DNA of 53,753 nucleotides from Chlorokybus atmophyticus (taxonomy: Eukaryota; Plantae; Mesostigma and Chlorokybus algae). A model generated the notes under the pieces. That model was not told the origin of the DNA and did no database searches. It saw nothing but the letters and a program-made list of their open reading frames with translations. Of this stretch, positions 1 to 12,270 are shown in pieces. How positions within the stretch are numbered: the stretch's first letter is position 1; the number at the start of each line of letters is the position of its first letter. The DNA lies in contig RHPI01002438.1 of assembly GCA_009103225.1 (NCBI GenBank), positions 633,790 to 687,542 of the forward strand. Direction: 5' to 3'. The position numbers and the translations under genes were made by a program.

Positions 1-27
1 TTTACACACAGACACATACACACGCAG

Positions 28-3000
28 GCCGTGGTGGTCGGTTCCAAGGTCTACCTCCTCGGCGGCAACATCCCCTCCGTCGCCCAATCCAGCGTGGGCA
101 AGTACAAACCGGCCCCAGGCTACATGGACGTCCGCACCCTCGACATAGGTAGGTACTCAACCCCACACCACATGATACTATTACACACATACCCACTAAC
201 CCTCCCATACAGTGACTGGTTCCAGCGAGTCTCCCGCGGTGTCAGGTCCTCCCCCCGCCCGCCGCTGGGGCCACGCCGCCTTCGTTAGGGGGGAGTGGCT
301 GTACGTCGTAGGGGGGGTGGATCACGGGACGGTGTTCAACGACGCGCACGCGCTGCACTTGGGTGAGAGGGAGGGTGGGTGGGTGGGTGCTATGTGTGTG
401 TGCGTGTGTGCATGTTGTACTGCTACTACTATTACTACTACTACCACTACCACTATTACTACTACTACTGCTACTGTGGCGAGAGTGGTGTTACAGGGTC
501 TACTACTACTACTGCTGCTGCTACTACTACTGCTACTACTGCTACTACTAGTACTTATACTACAACTGCTACTGCTGCTACTACTAGTACTAGCAGTAGT
601 AGTGGTAGTAGTCGAAGTAATTCTACTACTACCACTACTACTAGTAGTAGTAGCAGCAATAGTAGTAGTAGTAGTTGACCCTCTGACCCCTGCCCCCCTC
701 TTCCCTTCCAGGCACCCTCCGTTGGTCCAAAGTCTCCGACGCCCTCCCCCTCGGCGGCGTCATCACCCACGTCTCCTGTCCCGGCGACGTCCTCTACCTG
801 TTCGGCACAGACTGGCGTTCTCTCAAACTCGCCCCCTTCATGCTGGTGGACAAGTCCCGAATCAATAGCAACTTGCTAGAGGGAGGAGAGGGAGATAGGG
901 GGAGAGCGGTGCAGAGGGTGATGGAGATGGCGTATAGGGAGAGGATGGGAGAGGATGGACAGAGGCTGATGGACTTGATGCTCATGCAGAGGATGAATGG
1001 GGGGAGTAATAGTAGTAATAGTGGGGAGGGGGGTGGGGGTGGGGGGGGGGGGGTAAAAGAGGTGGGTGGTGGGAACTTCTCGCCTTCCGCAAGTGGCATT
1101 ATGCAGCCGGTGCACACGCCGGAGATTGCGGCGGAGATTGAGAAGAGAATTGCTACTGCGCTCATGACGGTAAGTGTGGTCCGCGCATGTGTGCGTACTC
1201 GCGCATGCACACGCCCACAGTCAAAATCACTGCATGTATGCGTGTGTGTACGTGTGTCTTGCTTGTGTACCACTGCGTGACATACCATTGGTTAGGCGCA
1301 AAGGGAGAAGAAGCAAGTGGAGGCAATGCGTGGTGAGATGGCGATGCTGATCGAGCAGGCGAGGCAGGAGCTCTCGCGGAAAGCCTACCAAAGCCAACAT
1401 CAACAACAGCAACAACAACAACAACAACAACAACATAGACAACCTCCTCAATATCACGTGGAACGCAGTGCCAACGACAGCAGTGCGAATGTGAGCAGAG
1501 CCATGAGCGTGTCGCAGAGTCGGCCAGGACAAGACTTTGACGACTTCATCATGTCGCCGCCGATCATGAGGCCACATTCCGCCGTGGGTCTCACCTCACC
1601 AACGAGGTGAACATTCAGCCAGACAGAGGGATATTGTCAAACACATACACACACACACACGCGCGCAGACACGCACGTGTGCAAGCATGTGTGTGCACAT
1701 GCGGATCTCAGCCCGTGTGCACACTCACGCGCACACATGGACACCCATGCGCACGCGCACATCCATATGCCGGCATGCATATGCATCTGCACGCGTGCGG
1801 GCATATCCATATGCAGTACGCGTGCTTGTATACGCACATACGATAATTATGTGCATGAGAGCTACACGTATGCAGTGGAGAGTACTTACACACCACGTCA
1901 CCAACAGCAGGGCTCACAGTGACGCCACCCCCTGGTCCACCAGCCCCTCCGCGCCCCCCTCCCACGCTCCAACCACAACCCCAACAACCACCTCATCAAA
2001 AGCAAAGCCAACATCCTCTCATCCGCCTCGTCCGATGACCGCCAGCGCGGGCGCGATCGGCGCAGGCGGCCGCGCGACGAGCACTTCTTCGCGGGCGAGC
2101 AGCGCGGCGGGGAGGGAAAGGCCGCAGAGCGTGCCCGAAGGAAAGGTGGGGGAAAGAGAGAGGGTGTGGGTGTGAGTGTGAGTGCAGTGCAGTGCGTGCG
2201 TGCTCTGCTAGTTGTGCTTGTTGGTTTGCTTTGGATGACAACAGCATGTGTGTTGACTCAGAGGAGGCCGCGTACTGCTGCTGAAGTGGTAACTGTGCGG
2301 TTCATTGATGACGAAGACAGCATACTCTTCAGGAAAGCAAGGTACACATATCATGTCCTGTGTGCACACACAAGCTCCAGGGTTGGGTGCATGCTCTGTG
2401 TGGTTCATATTCTTCCAACTTGCGCAGCCAAATGCACGGTGGCAACAGCGTGAGCGACTGCTTCAACCTACCCTCTTTACCCGCCGTGGCACCCGCGCGC
2501 TGGCGAGGGAAGCGCAGAGACCGACTAGACGACCCAGGCAAGTGTAGAGTTGTTGTTGTGTCAACAAGACCTTCTTCACAACACAATGTATTAACAAGCC
2601 CACGCTTGCGCAGCATCGCGATATTTTGATCGTCGAGGCGGAGGTGCTCAGAGCTCCCGTTGGATTGCGTACGGGGACACGGCGGCAGGTGATGTTGGGT
2701 TGAGGCGGCACAGCGTGTCGGGTGTGGTGGAGTACATCAACGAGGGGGCCGATGATGAGAGGGAAGGTGAGTTGTGTCTGAATGATAGTGAGGACATGAC
2801 GCTCGGACTCGCGGCATCGGCTTCCGCACAGTATGTTGGGATGAACGGCCGGCTCGGGGCATGGGAGAGGAGGATACTTGAACAAAGAGGGGGAGGAGCA
2901 GAGAGGGTGAGTACATCTTCTTCTACAGTAGTAACTCAACAACGTCGGGGGAGGTCGGCGAGTAGGCCCACAACTGCAAGAACAACGACAACAATGACCA

Positions 3001-3263
3001 ACAACAGCAGAGCTCCAGGGGGGAGGGTCTCCCCGGATATGTTGTTGGGTCCGGCCAGTGGGGGAGTAGGAGAGGCCAGCGCAGATGATACCATAATGAT
3101 GACAAAGGCCAGGCCCAGGAGCCCAACCTTGCAAGGGCAGCTGCGCACCGGCCGCGTGATGGTGTCAGCCCCATGCGTGGCGCCTGTTGGCGGTGGCGGA
3201 GGGATGGAACCACTCACCAGCGCACATCAGCTGAGCGCCACGCGGATATCAAGACAGATGTGA
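28..3263 (+). CDS. Kelch-repeat protein, 3' portion (multi-exon; 5' end lies before the window), with a Gln-rich/coiled-coil and low-complexity C-terminal region
   Basis: Hand-spliced GT-AG exons 28-148, 213-361, 712-1169, 1296-1606 and 1911 onward stay in frame. They give kelch-like blades (VVGSKVYLLGG; RRWGHAAFVRGEWLYVVGGVDHGTVFNDAHAL; DVLYLFG). The 3' end at 3263 (ORF 2700-3263) is tentative. Confidence 0.6.
419..676. repeat. Degenerate trinucleotide microsatellite (TAC/ACT blocks alternating with complementary AGT/GTA blocks) in an intron
   Basis: Directly visible; lies in intron 362-711 of the kelch gene. Confidence 0.9.
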
Positions 3264-3771
3264 TGTGGAAGGCATTGCTATTTGTGAAGGTTGTGCACTG
3301 TGCACAACTTGCATGTTGAGCTGTGATGTTGTGTGCCATTGCATGCATGCTTGCAGTTGAGCCTAGTGTGGTGTCAGCCATACGTTCACAGCAATATGCC
3401 AGATGTCGTGTGCGCATCATACTTCACGCAAATCATTTCTATACGCACACAGCTGCCGTGGTTGCACTTGCAAACAACCAAGCTCCAGACTAGACAAGTT
3501 GGACGGATGCAGGCATGTATGGTGCCAGATGGCAACAGGTGCACAGCCCGTGAACCACAAACACAACTGAAGTACCAAAACATACCAGCTACCGCAAGCA
3601 TTGGTTTGACCAGACGCATCCTCAACACGTCAGCGCACAAGGAGAGATGAGACAAAGAATCAGCGTGGCGGCCCCTGAATGCTGCAGATGTGCAATTCAC
3701 ACAAAACGCCACTACAAGCCATGTAGTTTCAGATATTTCAGTAATGTAGCATAACCTCCAACTTGTCACGC

Positions 3772-5321
3772 TCAAGTCTTCTTTTCTTCCCTTGGCGCAG
3801 CCCATTCCACGCGCAGGATGAGGTTGTCATACCCGTAGCCATTGAGCTTCTTGATGGCCCTGAGTGCGTCGTCCCTGTTGACAAAGTTGATGAAGGCAAA
3901 CCCGCGCGATAGGCCCGTGTCGCGATCGAACGCCACGTAGATGCGAGTGATGGGTCCAAACGGCCTGAACAGCTCTTGCAGATCCTGCTCGCGTGTGTCT
4001 TCGGACAAGTTGGTGACGCGGATGGAATTGTCATCGCGGCCTCGGCGCATGCTCTCGCCCTCACCCACGCGCGCCCCTGCACGCATGCTCGGAGGCACAT
4101 AGCCACCGGACTTGGCGCCAGCTGGCGGGAGAGACCCACCCGCAGCCCCGGGCGGGTTCGTATCCTCGCCCGTGTCCTTGTCGGCCCCGAACCCACCGCG
4201 CGCGGCCAAGTCCTTATATGGACACTTTGAAGTCCAGTGGTCGCCCTTCTTCCCGCACGTCCGACACACGATCAGTGAAGCGTTCGCGCCCGCCGCCAAT
4301 GCAGCCAGCGGGTCCGCGGCGGCCTCCTGCTCTTTTTGCTTCGCCAACGCTGCAGCGCTGGTGCCCGTACGCTCCACATAGATCTGGTGGGGCCACACAG
4401 TACACAACTCAGCAAGAAGTTAACATGATTTATGCATGAAACACAAAAATATGTAACCGAACTCACCTCTTCTGTTGAGACCATGGTGAGGTTGTCTTTC
4501 TGGCCGGCCATCATCTTGGCCTCCCCAAACTTAGCCCACTGTCGTCGCGCAATCACGCCCTTGGACAGCTTCTTGGTTTGCTTCTTAACTCGGACCTTCT
4601 TGGTTATCCGCACCTGCATAAACGAAATGTTGGGACTTGGCACGCAGACGGGCAGCGCAGAAGGTTACAATACACTTTGGTGATCATCACACACAGATAT
4701 GCACACGAATAAGCAGAATACAAAAGATGATTGGAACAAACAAGACGGAACACAACTAACGCCTTTGTATTTCTTTGTTCAATATCCAGAGACACGTAGC
4801 TAACTCAGCGTTCAACTAAAATCCATGAACCGCATGTGTATGTGTCCATCAGAGGCCAATCAGCTGAATCAATGTCTCTGGATGACAGGTCACGGTCGAA
4901 CACAAATACCTAGCCAGACATGCGTATGCGATGCACTGAAAAACTGCTCAACGCACAGTGCGCAGTTTTTTTTGCATGACATGAAGTGCATTTTTGCATG
5001 ACGACACCAATCAAGTCACGACACAACGCACGCAGAGGACAGCTACAAGCGGCACACAGCATATTTGTGACATAAGCACGTATGCAAAAAGGCCAACTTG
5101 CGAGCTAGCAGCCAGCACTTGGACCTTACCTTCAAGCCCTCGTCGTTGTACTTGTACTCGATGATGGTCTTGACGCCCTTATCGTCCGGGCCAAACACCT
5201 GGGGCTCTGGGAGAACATCTTCCTCCTCGTCGTCGTACAGCTCGTCGTCGTCGGCTGTGTCGGCCCACCGCATCTTGCTGGGCGGCGCCGCCGCCCCACC
5301 ACCGTCACCATAACCACCCAT
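3772..5321 (-). CDS. eIF3g: Eukaryotic translation initiation factor 3 subunit G; join(5130-5321, 4467-4613, 3772-4383), 316 aa
   Basis: Three exons with canonical GT-AG borders splice in frame. The product has the N-terminal MRWAD motif, the zinc knuckle CRTCGKKGDHWTSKCPYKD and a C-terminal RRM (IRVTNLSEDTREQDLQELFRPFG...RGFAFINF...KLNGYGYDNLILRVEWA). Confidence 0.97.
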
Positions 5322-5475
5322 GTTGAAAACGTACACCCCTTTGCTGCTGCCAATCAGCGCTGAGACTCACGCCTTCCAAAAATGCTGTCCTTTCTCAACC
5401 TGCTTGCACCCAAGCCTGAAACGCCGCCTACAACGTCGCCCACCTCCACGACACCACCCCCGCGCCCGCCGCCGC

Positions 5476-5485
5476 AAACCCTAAA
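5476..5485. promoter_or_regulatory. Telo-box (AAACCCTAAA) about 155 bp upstream of the eIF3g ATG
   Basis: Exact plant telo-box motif in a promoter-proximal position of a translation-factor gene. Confidence 0.6.
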
Positions 5486-6522
5486 CAGCAAGCGGAAGAT
5501 GATGAAAGCTTCCTTGACGAGAACCTTCCGTTCTGGGTTCAAGCATAGAGTTGCGCTCCAGCATCATGCTTTTCATGTTTAACGAAAGTGAATCTTTGCA
5601 AGTTGTAAGTTACAACTTGTAACTCCCAAGTCATAATTCAACTCTGTGGCTTATGAAGTCGAGTGTAAGTTTGTCGCAATACCATGCACAACAGTCACCA
5701 CTTTACGAACATACACTGCAGTGAGACGACCGAACAAGTCTTGGCCAACAATGTATGAAGAGCATAATTGCTAGAGCATGTATGTTTTGATCTATGCTAA
5801 CATACAAAAAATGCATGCGTTTTCAGTGAAGTTGTTGTGCTAGCAGGCAATGACGGTCATCATAATATCAAATGAGATATTGGTTGTGCACAACAAGCTG
5901 TGAATGCTGCTAGTGCCCGCCTCCCCTGCGTTGTGTTTTTATATACACTGCTAATTTTGAACACAAAGCTGAGCCAACACAAAGTTGGTGTTGACAGTTG
6001 CGTTCGACTTTGCAGTTGTTGGAGGCCCAAGTTGAACCTTTGCTTGTTGTCTTTGCTTGTTTTGCTGGTAGTTGTTGCCTTTGTGTTAACAATAATTTTG
6101 GCCTACTTGTGTGCTTTTTTTTCCATACAATATAATTACTAAGCGAACAGTGCTGGCAATCCAATCTCAAAAACCATTGATAGTTATCGTACGCCACATG
6201 ATGTGCGGCATGCATGCTATTAGCTAGCAATTGTAACAAATAGCCATCCAACTGTTATACATTGCATATATATTTATATATACTTGTATCACATATATAC
6301 TTCTTCAATACATACTTACATTACATTGTTTATCTATTACCATGTCGTCAGCACAACGCGTGTTGCAATCCATTCTGATACGTCATGTAAATGCTATTAA
6401 ATCACGATGTTGAATTCGTACTTTAGCGCTGACAATGATCAATGTCATGCATATGGTGCCAGCTACATGAAGCCAGCTTTGCTTTTGTGATGTAAATTCA
6501 GAATTCAGAATTTATAAAAGAG

Positions 6523-6860
6523 TACCGTATTTACCTGGTCAGAGCCCCCCCTTTTATCACAGCCCCCCACGAGGGGGGGTAATTCTATTAGAGGGGGGCT
6601 TCTATTGATTGAGGGGGGCTGTATTCGGCCGCAGTACCGAAAATACCATACGACGGCCACCGTACAGTGTTTTGGCCTCTTTTACGATGTTTTAGCCTGT
6701 TGTATAGTGTTTTGGCCGGCCATAGGCGCTGGGCTAGGCGGGTAGGGGGCAAAGGAGGGTGTACAAAAACAGGGGGCTGTGCATGTAAACATGGCCCCCT
6801 CCCCAAAAAGCAGGGGGGCTACACTATTGGAGGGGGGCATCAAACCAGGTAAATACGGTA
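6523..6860. mobile_element. Non-autonomous DNA transposon (MITE), Tc1/mariner (pogo/Tc2-like) type
   Basis: TACCGTATTTACCTGGT at 6523-6539 and its exact reverse complement at 6844-6860. The outer TA at each end fits a TA target-site duplication. The interior is short and non-coding, with repeated GGGGGCT/AGCCCCC motifs. Confidence 0.75.
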
Positions 6861-6964
6861 TGCTTGTCTTTGTACCAGCTACATATATAACTAGTGGTGC
6901 GGCTGTTTGGTCGGGCCGGCCGGCATTTTAAAGGTCACCTACACATCACACGCGCAAGGTTGAA

Positions 6965-7233
6965 GGGCTATCACTGCCGGGCTGCGGCCCGCCTACCTCA
7001 TTGGCTGGGCGGCGAGTACTCTACCCCAGCCGTTGGATCTGCTTAAACAGGATCTCAACCATCCAAAGCACATCCCCACGTTCCGCAGGCGCTTAAATAT
7101 AGAATTACGAGCACCTGCAGGGCCATCACTGCCGGGCTGCGGCCCGCCTGCCTCTCAATGGCTAGGCGGCGCACTCTACCCAGCCGTTGGATCTGCTTAA
7201 ACAGGATCTCAACCATCCAAAGCACATCCCCAC
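6965..7233. repeat. Two-copy direct repeat of about 115 bp (6965-7080 and 7119-7233)
   Basis: Both copies share ATCACTGCCGGGCTGCGGCCCGCCT...CCAGCCGTTGGATCTGCTTAAACAGGATCTCAACCATCCAAAGCACATCCCCAC with few differences. Confidence 0.9.
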
Positions 7234-9612
7234 ATTTTGCAACTGCTCATATTTGGCAAATAAATATGAGATAATGCAGCACATGCACGGTGTAGATGGC
7301 CACTTTTCGCCGCATACTCTCCATTCTGAACAACGTGTGATTATACGTTGTTCAAATGGACAATATGCGGCTAAAAGTGGCATGATGCGAGCAAATTATA
7401 TGGTAATACATGTCGGCACGCTGAGCATGCACCTATTGCGGTATATAAATGCATATGAGGGGGTGCTATAGCTCGCTTTTTATTACAAACGTTGGATTGT
7501 GGTGATGAGTGTCGTGCGTTCCGATCGGCACATTACTGAATGTGACCATGCAGATGATAACCCCATTCAAATTATTGACATAGTCATTTCAAATATTTTT
7601 GCTAAGAATGCACCAAATCGACTATATCAAATGAGTACAGCAATACAGCCAAACGACCTTGAGTTCTGATGTAAACATTAGCAGTTTTCATTGAGTCGGT
7701 CTACTGACTTTGTACCATACACAAAAGTGGCACCGTCGTTATGCCGCAGTGTATAAATTGCAATGGTGCATAAACTAGGCGGTGGCGTTGTTAACAATGC
7801 AGTTGCTGAGAGTGATGTTATAAGTCCAAAGAATTTGACCGCCTGCAGCAACGGCAAACCATATTTGCGTCCGGTGTGTTTAACTGTCGCGCGTTGGCAG
7901 GCAGCGACGTAGTTGCACGTCAAAACGCATCGTATAAAACGCGACTTCATTGGTGCGAGGTTGGACGGCCCCCCATACCCCCAACGAATCTTTTGACCCA
8001 ATTCAAACAGCAATCGCCCTCCGCCCGTCACAAAGCGACCTATCTTAATTGATTTTGTTTGGACGGCGGGCAATATGTCAATCGAGCTATTAAGTGTTAC
8101 TTACATTTTGTAATGCTACAACAAATTAATATACCATGCAGTAAGCATCATTCGCAACCAAAATTGTATTCTATACCTTCTGGCTTACTCATTCATGCAT
8201 CCATGCTAATGCACTAAGCACAACTACCGCTCATGCATGCATAGCATGCAACTTCATGGTCACTTCATTGGTAGTGAGTCATTGTGCAACCTTATGATCA
8301 CTTAATACCAACATTGGTTTCGGTGATCTGAAAGGTCCATTGAGCGGGGGGCTTACGGTTCGATGTGATAAGTATAGCAAAAACATAACACTTAACAATG
8401 TTCCTCGTAACCTCAGACAAGTGCGCAGAGGTTTGCTACATCACAGCCTGTGCATGTTGTGTCGCTGCACAGGGTGGTACATACGCTGGTACTGGTACAT
8501 GTTGTGTATGTAAGTCACACTTGCAACCAAAAAAGAGTCATGCTGTCAGTACAAGTACGACAAAATATGATTCTTTCGTCTCAAACTTCTACTGTTGCGC
8601 ACGCTATGTCTGTTGTGACACACTTCACAAAGAATGCAATCACCAGTATTCACAACCCACAAACCTCGTGAGTGCAAGGGCAGTGACAGTGAGCGTGGAC
8701 GACACACCAACAGATTGTATGTTGCCAGTGCCATTGCCATTGTGACCATCAACAGCAGCACACTTGCCGCCTACCAGTGAGCGCCAGATCTCGCCCACAT
8801 CCATCACTTTCAACAGTGTGAGCCCCCCCCACACCACGTGCTCTCTCCAGCATTATGGCGCTGCGCATCCCACTCCCTTGCTCGCAAGGAGGACCTTCTT
8901 GAGGGGGTGAGGGAAGGGGGAGAGGGACACCTTTTGTTAGAGGATGCGCATGCGGCATCCAATTGTGACTCGGCTACCCTAGCGAAGGCGGACGCGCTGT
9001 CACAGCCAACGGTGTTGGCAAGCAGCCACCCGATCTGAGATAGAGCCGGGCCAACTGAAGAGAGGAGAGAACGAGGTGAGGTGTGTACATAAGTCGTGCG
9101 TGCGTGCGTGCGGATACGCGCGCGCGCGCACACACACACACATGTGTGCGGCATACGCACGCACGCCCACCCACCCACAGCCACCAACGCACCCACCTTG
9201 CACAGGAGTGGTTCCGCAACCGCCACTGCGGGCGCTGCTCTGTTACGTGCGCTGTCCACCCCAGAACGGCGCCGTTGTGGTCAGCACCGCACGGCCAGGA
9301 TCACGGGGAGGGGCCTCCGTGCAGGGACTCCAGATACGGCAGCTGAACGCGTGCATATATGTGTGAGTGCTTGTGTGTGACGCACATGCACAAGTGCACG
9401 CGCGTGCGTGCGTGTGAGTGGGTGCGTGCGGGCAGGCGGGTGTCCGGGCGCATGCGTGTGTATGCATTAAGCAGAGTGGAGATGCGCGTGTGTGTGAGCA
9501 CTCCCGCGTGCATTAGACAAGTCAGAGCATGTGCACACAACCACCTACTTGAATGCACAGGTGGGGCATCCAGGCCGCCAGGTCTCGACGCTCTCCGTCT
9601 GCAGCGCCAGCT

Positions 9613-12270
9613 TTACTTCCCCTTCAGCATTATCAGCACCATGGTCCTCTCCGCCACCTGAGCGTAAGCTTTGGCATTGACGTTGATGATGAAAACTGAG
9701 ACGCACTACAAAGAAGTGCATCACCGGAATTGCACATGCATTCTGAAACATACTCACCCATTCAAAGCAACACGTATGGCTGAATAACACACTCATCAAG
9801 TCCAAACTGGTGCGCTCACCTCAGGCGCGTCCACGCTAACCTGCGCGAACAGTCTAAGTGTGCACTGACGGTTATTGCAAACTGGAGAGCCAAATTGAAA
9901 ATATAGAACTGCTTCTGAGCTTTCACAAGGTTCAACAGGTCAGACAGTTACAGTACAACATACAACTGCACACCGCGACCTTACAGGCTCAACCCGTTCA
10001 CCTGATCACGGCACGTCAACTCCAACATCTCGTGCAGTTGCAGCTGCACTGCTGATAGCCGGGGTCCTCTCCACAGCAAGGTCGCGCACAGTACCATCAG
10101 CTAACTTCCCATTAATAGGCGGGTCACGTGATAAAGAAACTGCCACACTGGCATCTGCTGTGTGGCCATTCGTGGTCATGGTAAATGAAGTGTCCTTGGC
10201 AGCTCCGGGCAATGTTGACAAGTCTAGTGTTAGCCGTACTGGCCTAGGTACTGCTGTTGTTGGTATGCTGTCGTTAAGAGCCTCAGCTTGCATGGGCTGC
10301 AAGTACTTCTCCAGTTCATCCAATGATGCTCGATCCAATGAAAAGAGATGGTCGGCATCTATGCCCGAGCCATTCCGCTCATGATTGGTAGGTTGTTGGT
10401 GGGAAGCTGAACGGTCATTGTCACAGCATACAACAGGGATACTGCGCAGTTTGCGTAGATTGGGGTTGAAGGAAGCCTCCATATTATCCGCCGACGCTTT
10501 CATGGCTGCCAGTAAAGCTGGATGTATGCTGCTGTCATCCCATGATGTGCAGTACCCATCTGGCTTAGCAGAAATGAAAGGAGTTGGTTGATTGGACGGA
10601 GACTTGTGCTCAGCGACTTGATGCATATGGTCACGGCTCACGCGACTGCTGGCTCCCATTGGCTTCATCACAGCAGACCAGCACAGTTGCTGAAAAACGA
10701 TTATGCAGCCCAACTCGTCACCCATGTGAACCAGTCTTATTGCCACACCAACAGCTGGGGCAGTGCGCGCAATATGAACCACCACAACAGGTGTGCTTCT
10801 GCGGTCAGGTGGCGGCTGTGGCTGCAATCTGAGCACTGTATCAGGCATGGCGCCTGGTAGTACTACGGCTGCCGGCTCAGATGTAGGAGCATGCAGGTTG
10901 ATCAAGCTTGCGCAGTGCGAAAGTACCACATCCCACACAGGAGCACAGTTGGGCCCTGTACAGCAGCAGCAGCAGCGCATAAGCACCCAGAACAGCATTG
11001 TACACGACAATGCGAGTTGTGAGAAAGAATGGTACTGCACGGAAGGGTAGACTGCTGTACGTAAGCGCAGATTGTTGTAGAATGACCCTCACAACACCCC
11101 AGATTGGGGTGGAAAAACATGTTGACAGACCATGGCCATAACAATGCAAGGAGGCTACTCTACTCACCTGCCACCATTGCTGAGGGTAGCCCTGGCACAG
11201 CACCTTGCCCGCTTGTGCAGTAACTTTTGCCGCAACTACATGTAGCCTGAGCTTTCACCTGCATGCAGGAGAGTCGAACATTTGTACCAATACATGACGT
11301 CAAACATTTGTACCAACATATGACTTTTATCTCTTCCCCTCCCCATCCCAAATCGAAAACTAGCAGGACGTAAGAGGCCAAAACCTTAACCCTTGGACTG
11401 GTGGGAACAGAGACACACACCACTGCAACAAGGCAAGTTAGCGAGCCTTACTTGAGACTGCAAGATGATCCGTGGACGAGTCTTGCAGCCAAAGTTGACA
11501 ACTAAAGCACGCACAACTCCAGGCACTGCCATCAAAGGACCTAGCCAGGTGTCCTCATAGCTTGGCGTAGCAAGGACCTGAGAAAGGTAGGTCTGCTGAA
11601 AATCTCTATACTCCGGTGAGGTGATGGGCGCAGAAGGCTCTCCCGTTGTAGTAAGCTCATCTCTCACAGTGTACCTTGCAGACCGCTGCTCATGGTCGCC
11701 ACGGTCCTGCATGTTGCTGGATGCTTTGTGATATCAGCCAAGCCTACACGTCTACAAAGCAGGATCTTTCCAGTGAAACAAGCATATGCCCTCTGCAGGT
11801 ACCTGTACTGCTTGAGTAGACAACTTCGTGCCATAAGCTTTCTCGAATGCATGGCTTATGAGACTTGCGCGCAGCATAACTGTCTCACGAGCTGCATGTG
11901 CCTGCCAATAGTCCTTGTTGGTACTGTGCATGTTGTTACACATTGCAAGCAACTTGGCCTCATGACACCAACCTTGGCCAGCACAGCCACGATGTGATTG
12001 GTGCCTGCAGCAACTCCTGCGGCGACATCCGAGAAGTCAACATAGCTCGGCCCTTGAGCAAGGGAATGCATGGCGACCAACAAGTTGCAAAGCGGCCCCG
12101 CCTGGATCTTCCTGCTGGTCACAACGCTCTGTGAGATTTTTATCCAAGCACTGAGCAGTAAAGGCGTGAAAGCCGAGGACGGCACATGCTGATCAACAGG
12201 ATGGGCTGGTCATTAGGACTGCCAACCAATAACTCCGCAACAGCTCCTGCCTTCAACGGTGCAAGCCTAG
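9613..12270 (-). CDS. Hypothetical multi-exon protein, no recognised domain; boundaries uncertain
   Basis: Several minus-strand segments with GT-AG borders join in frame (...SDVAAGVAAGTNHIVAVLAK; ...PRIILQSQ|VKAQATCSCGKSYC...MVA|AVYPSVQYH...), alongside a 344-codon ORF at 10006-11040. The true start and stop are unresolved, and further exon-like pieces occur at 8810-9345 and 12480-13140. Confidence 0.45.

Noticed and set aside
212-868. ORFs rich in poly-Leu, poly-Thr, poly-Tyr or CV/HT repeats, here and throughout the window
   Set aside because: They are translations of intronic microsatellites, not proteins.
6965-7233. Repeat-spacer-repeat layout as a possible CRISPR-like array
   Set aside because: Only two copies, the unit (about 115 bp) is far too long, the context is eukaryotic and there are no cas genes.
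8398-8745. Cys-rich 115-aa ORF resembling a zinc finger
   Set aside because: The Cys/His spacing matches no RING, PHD or C2H2 pattern, and TGT/TGC-rich background sequence produces such ORFs by chance.
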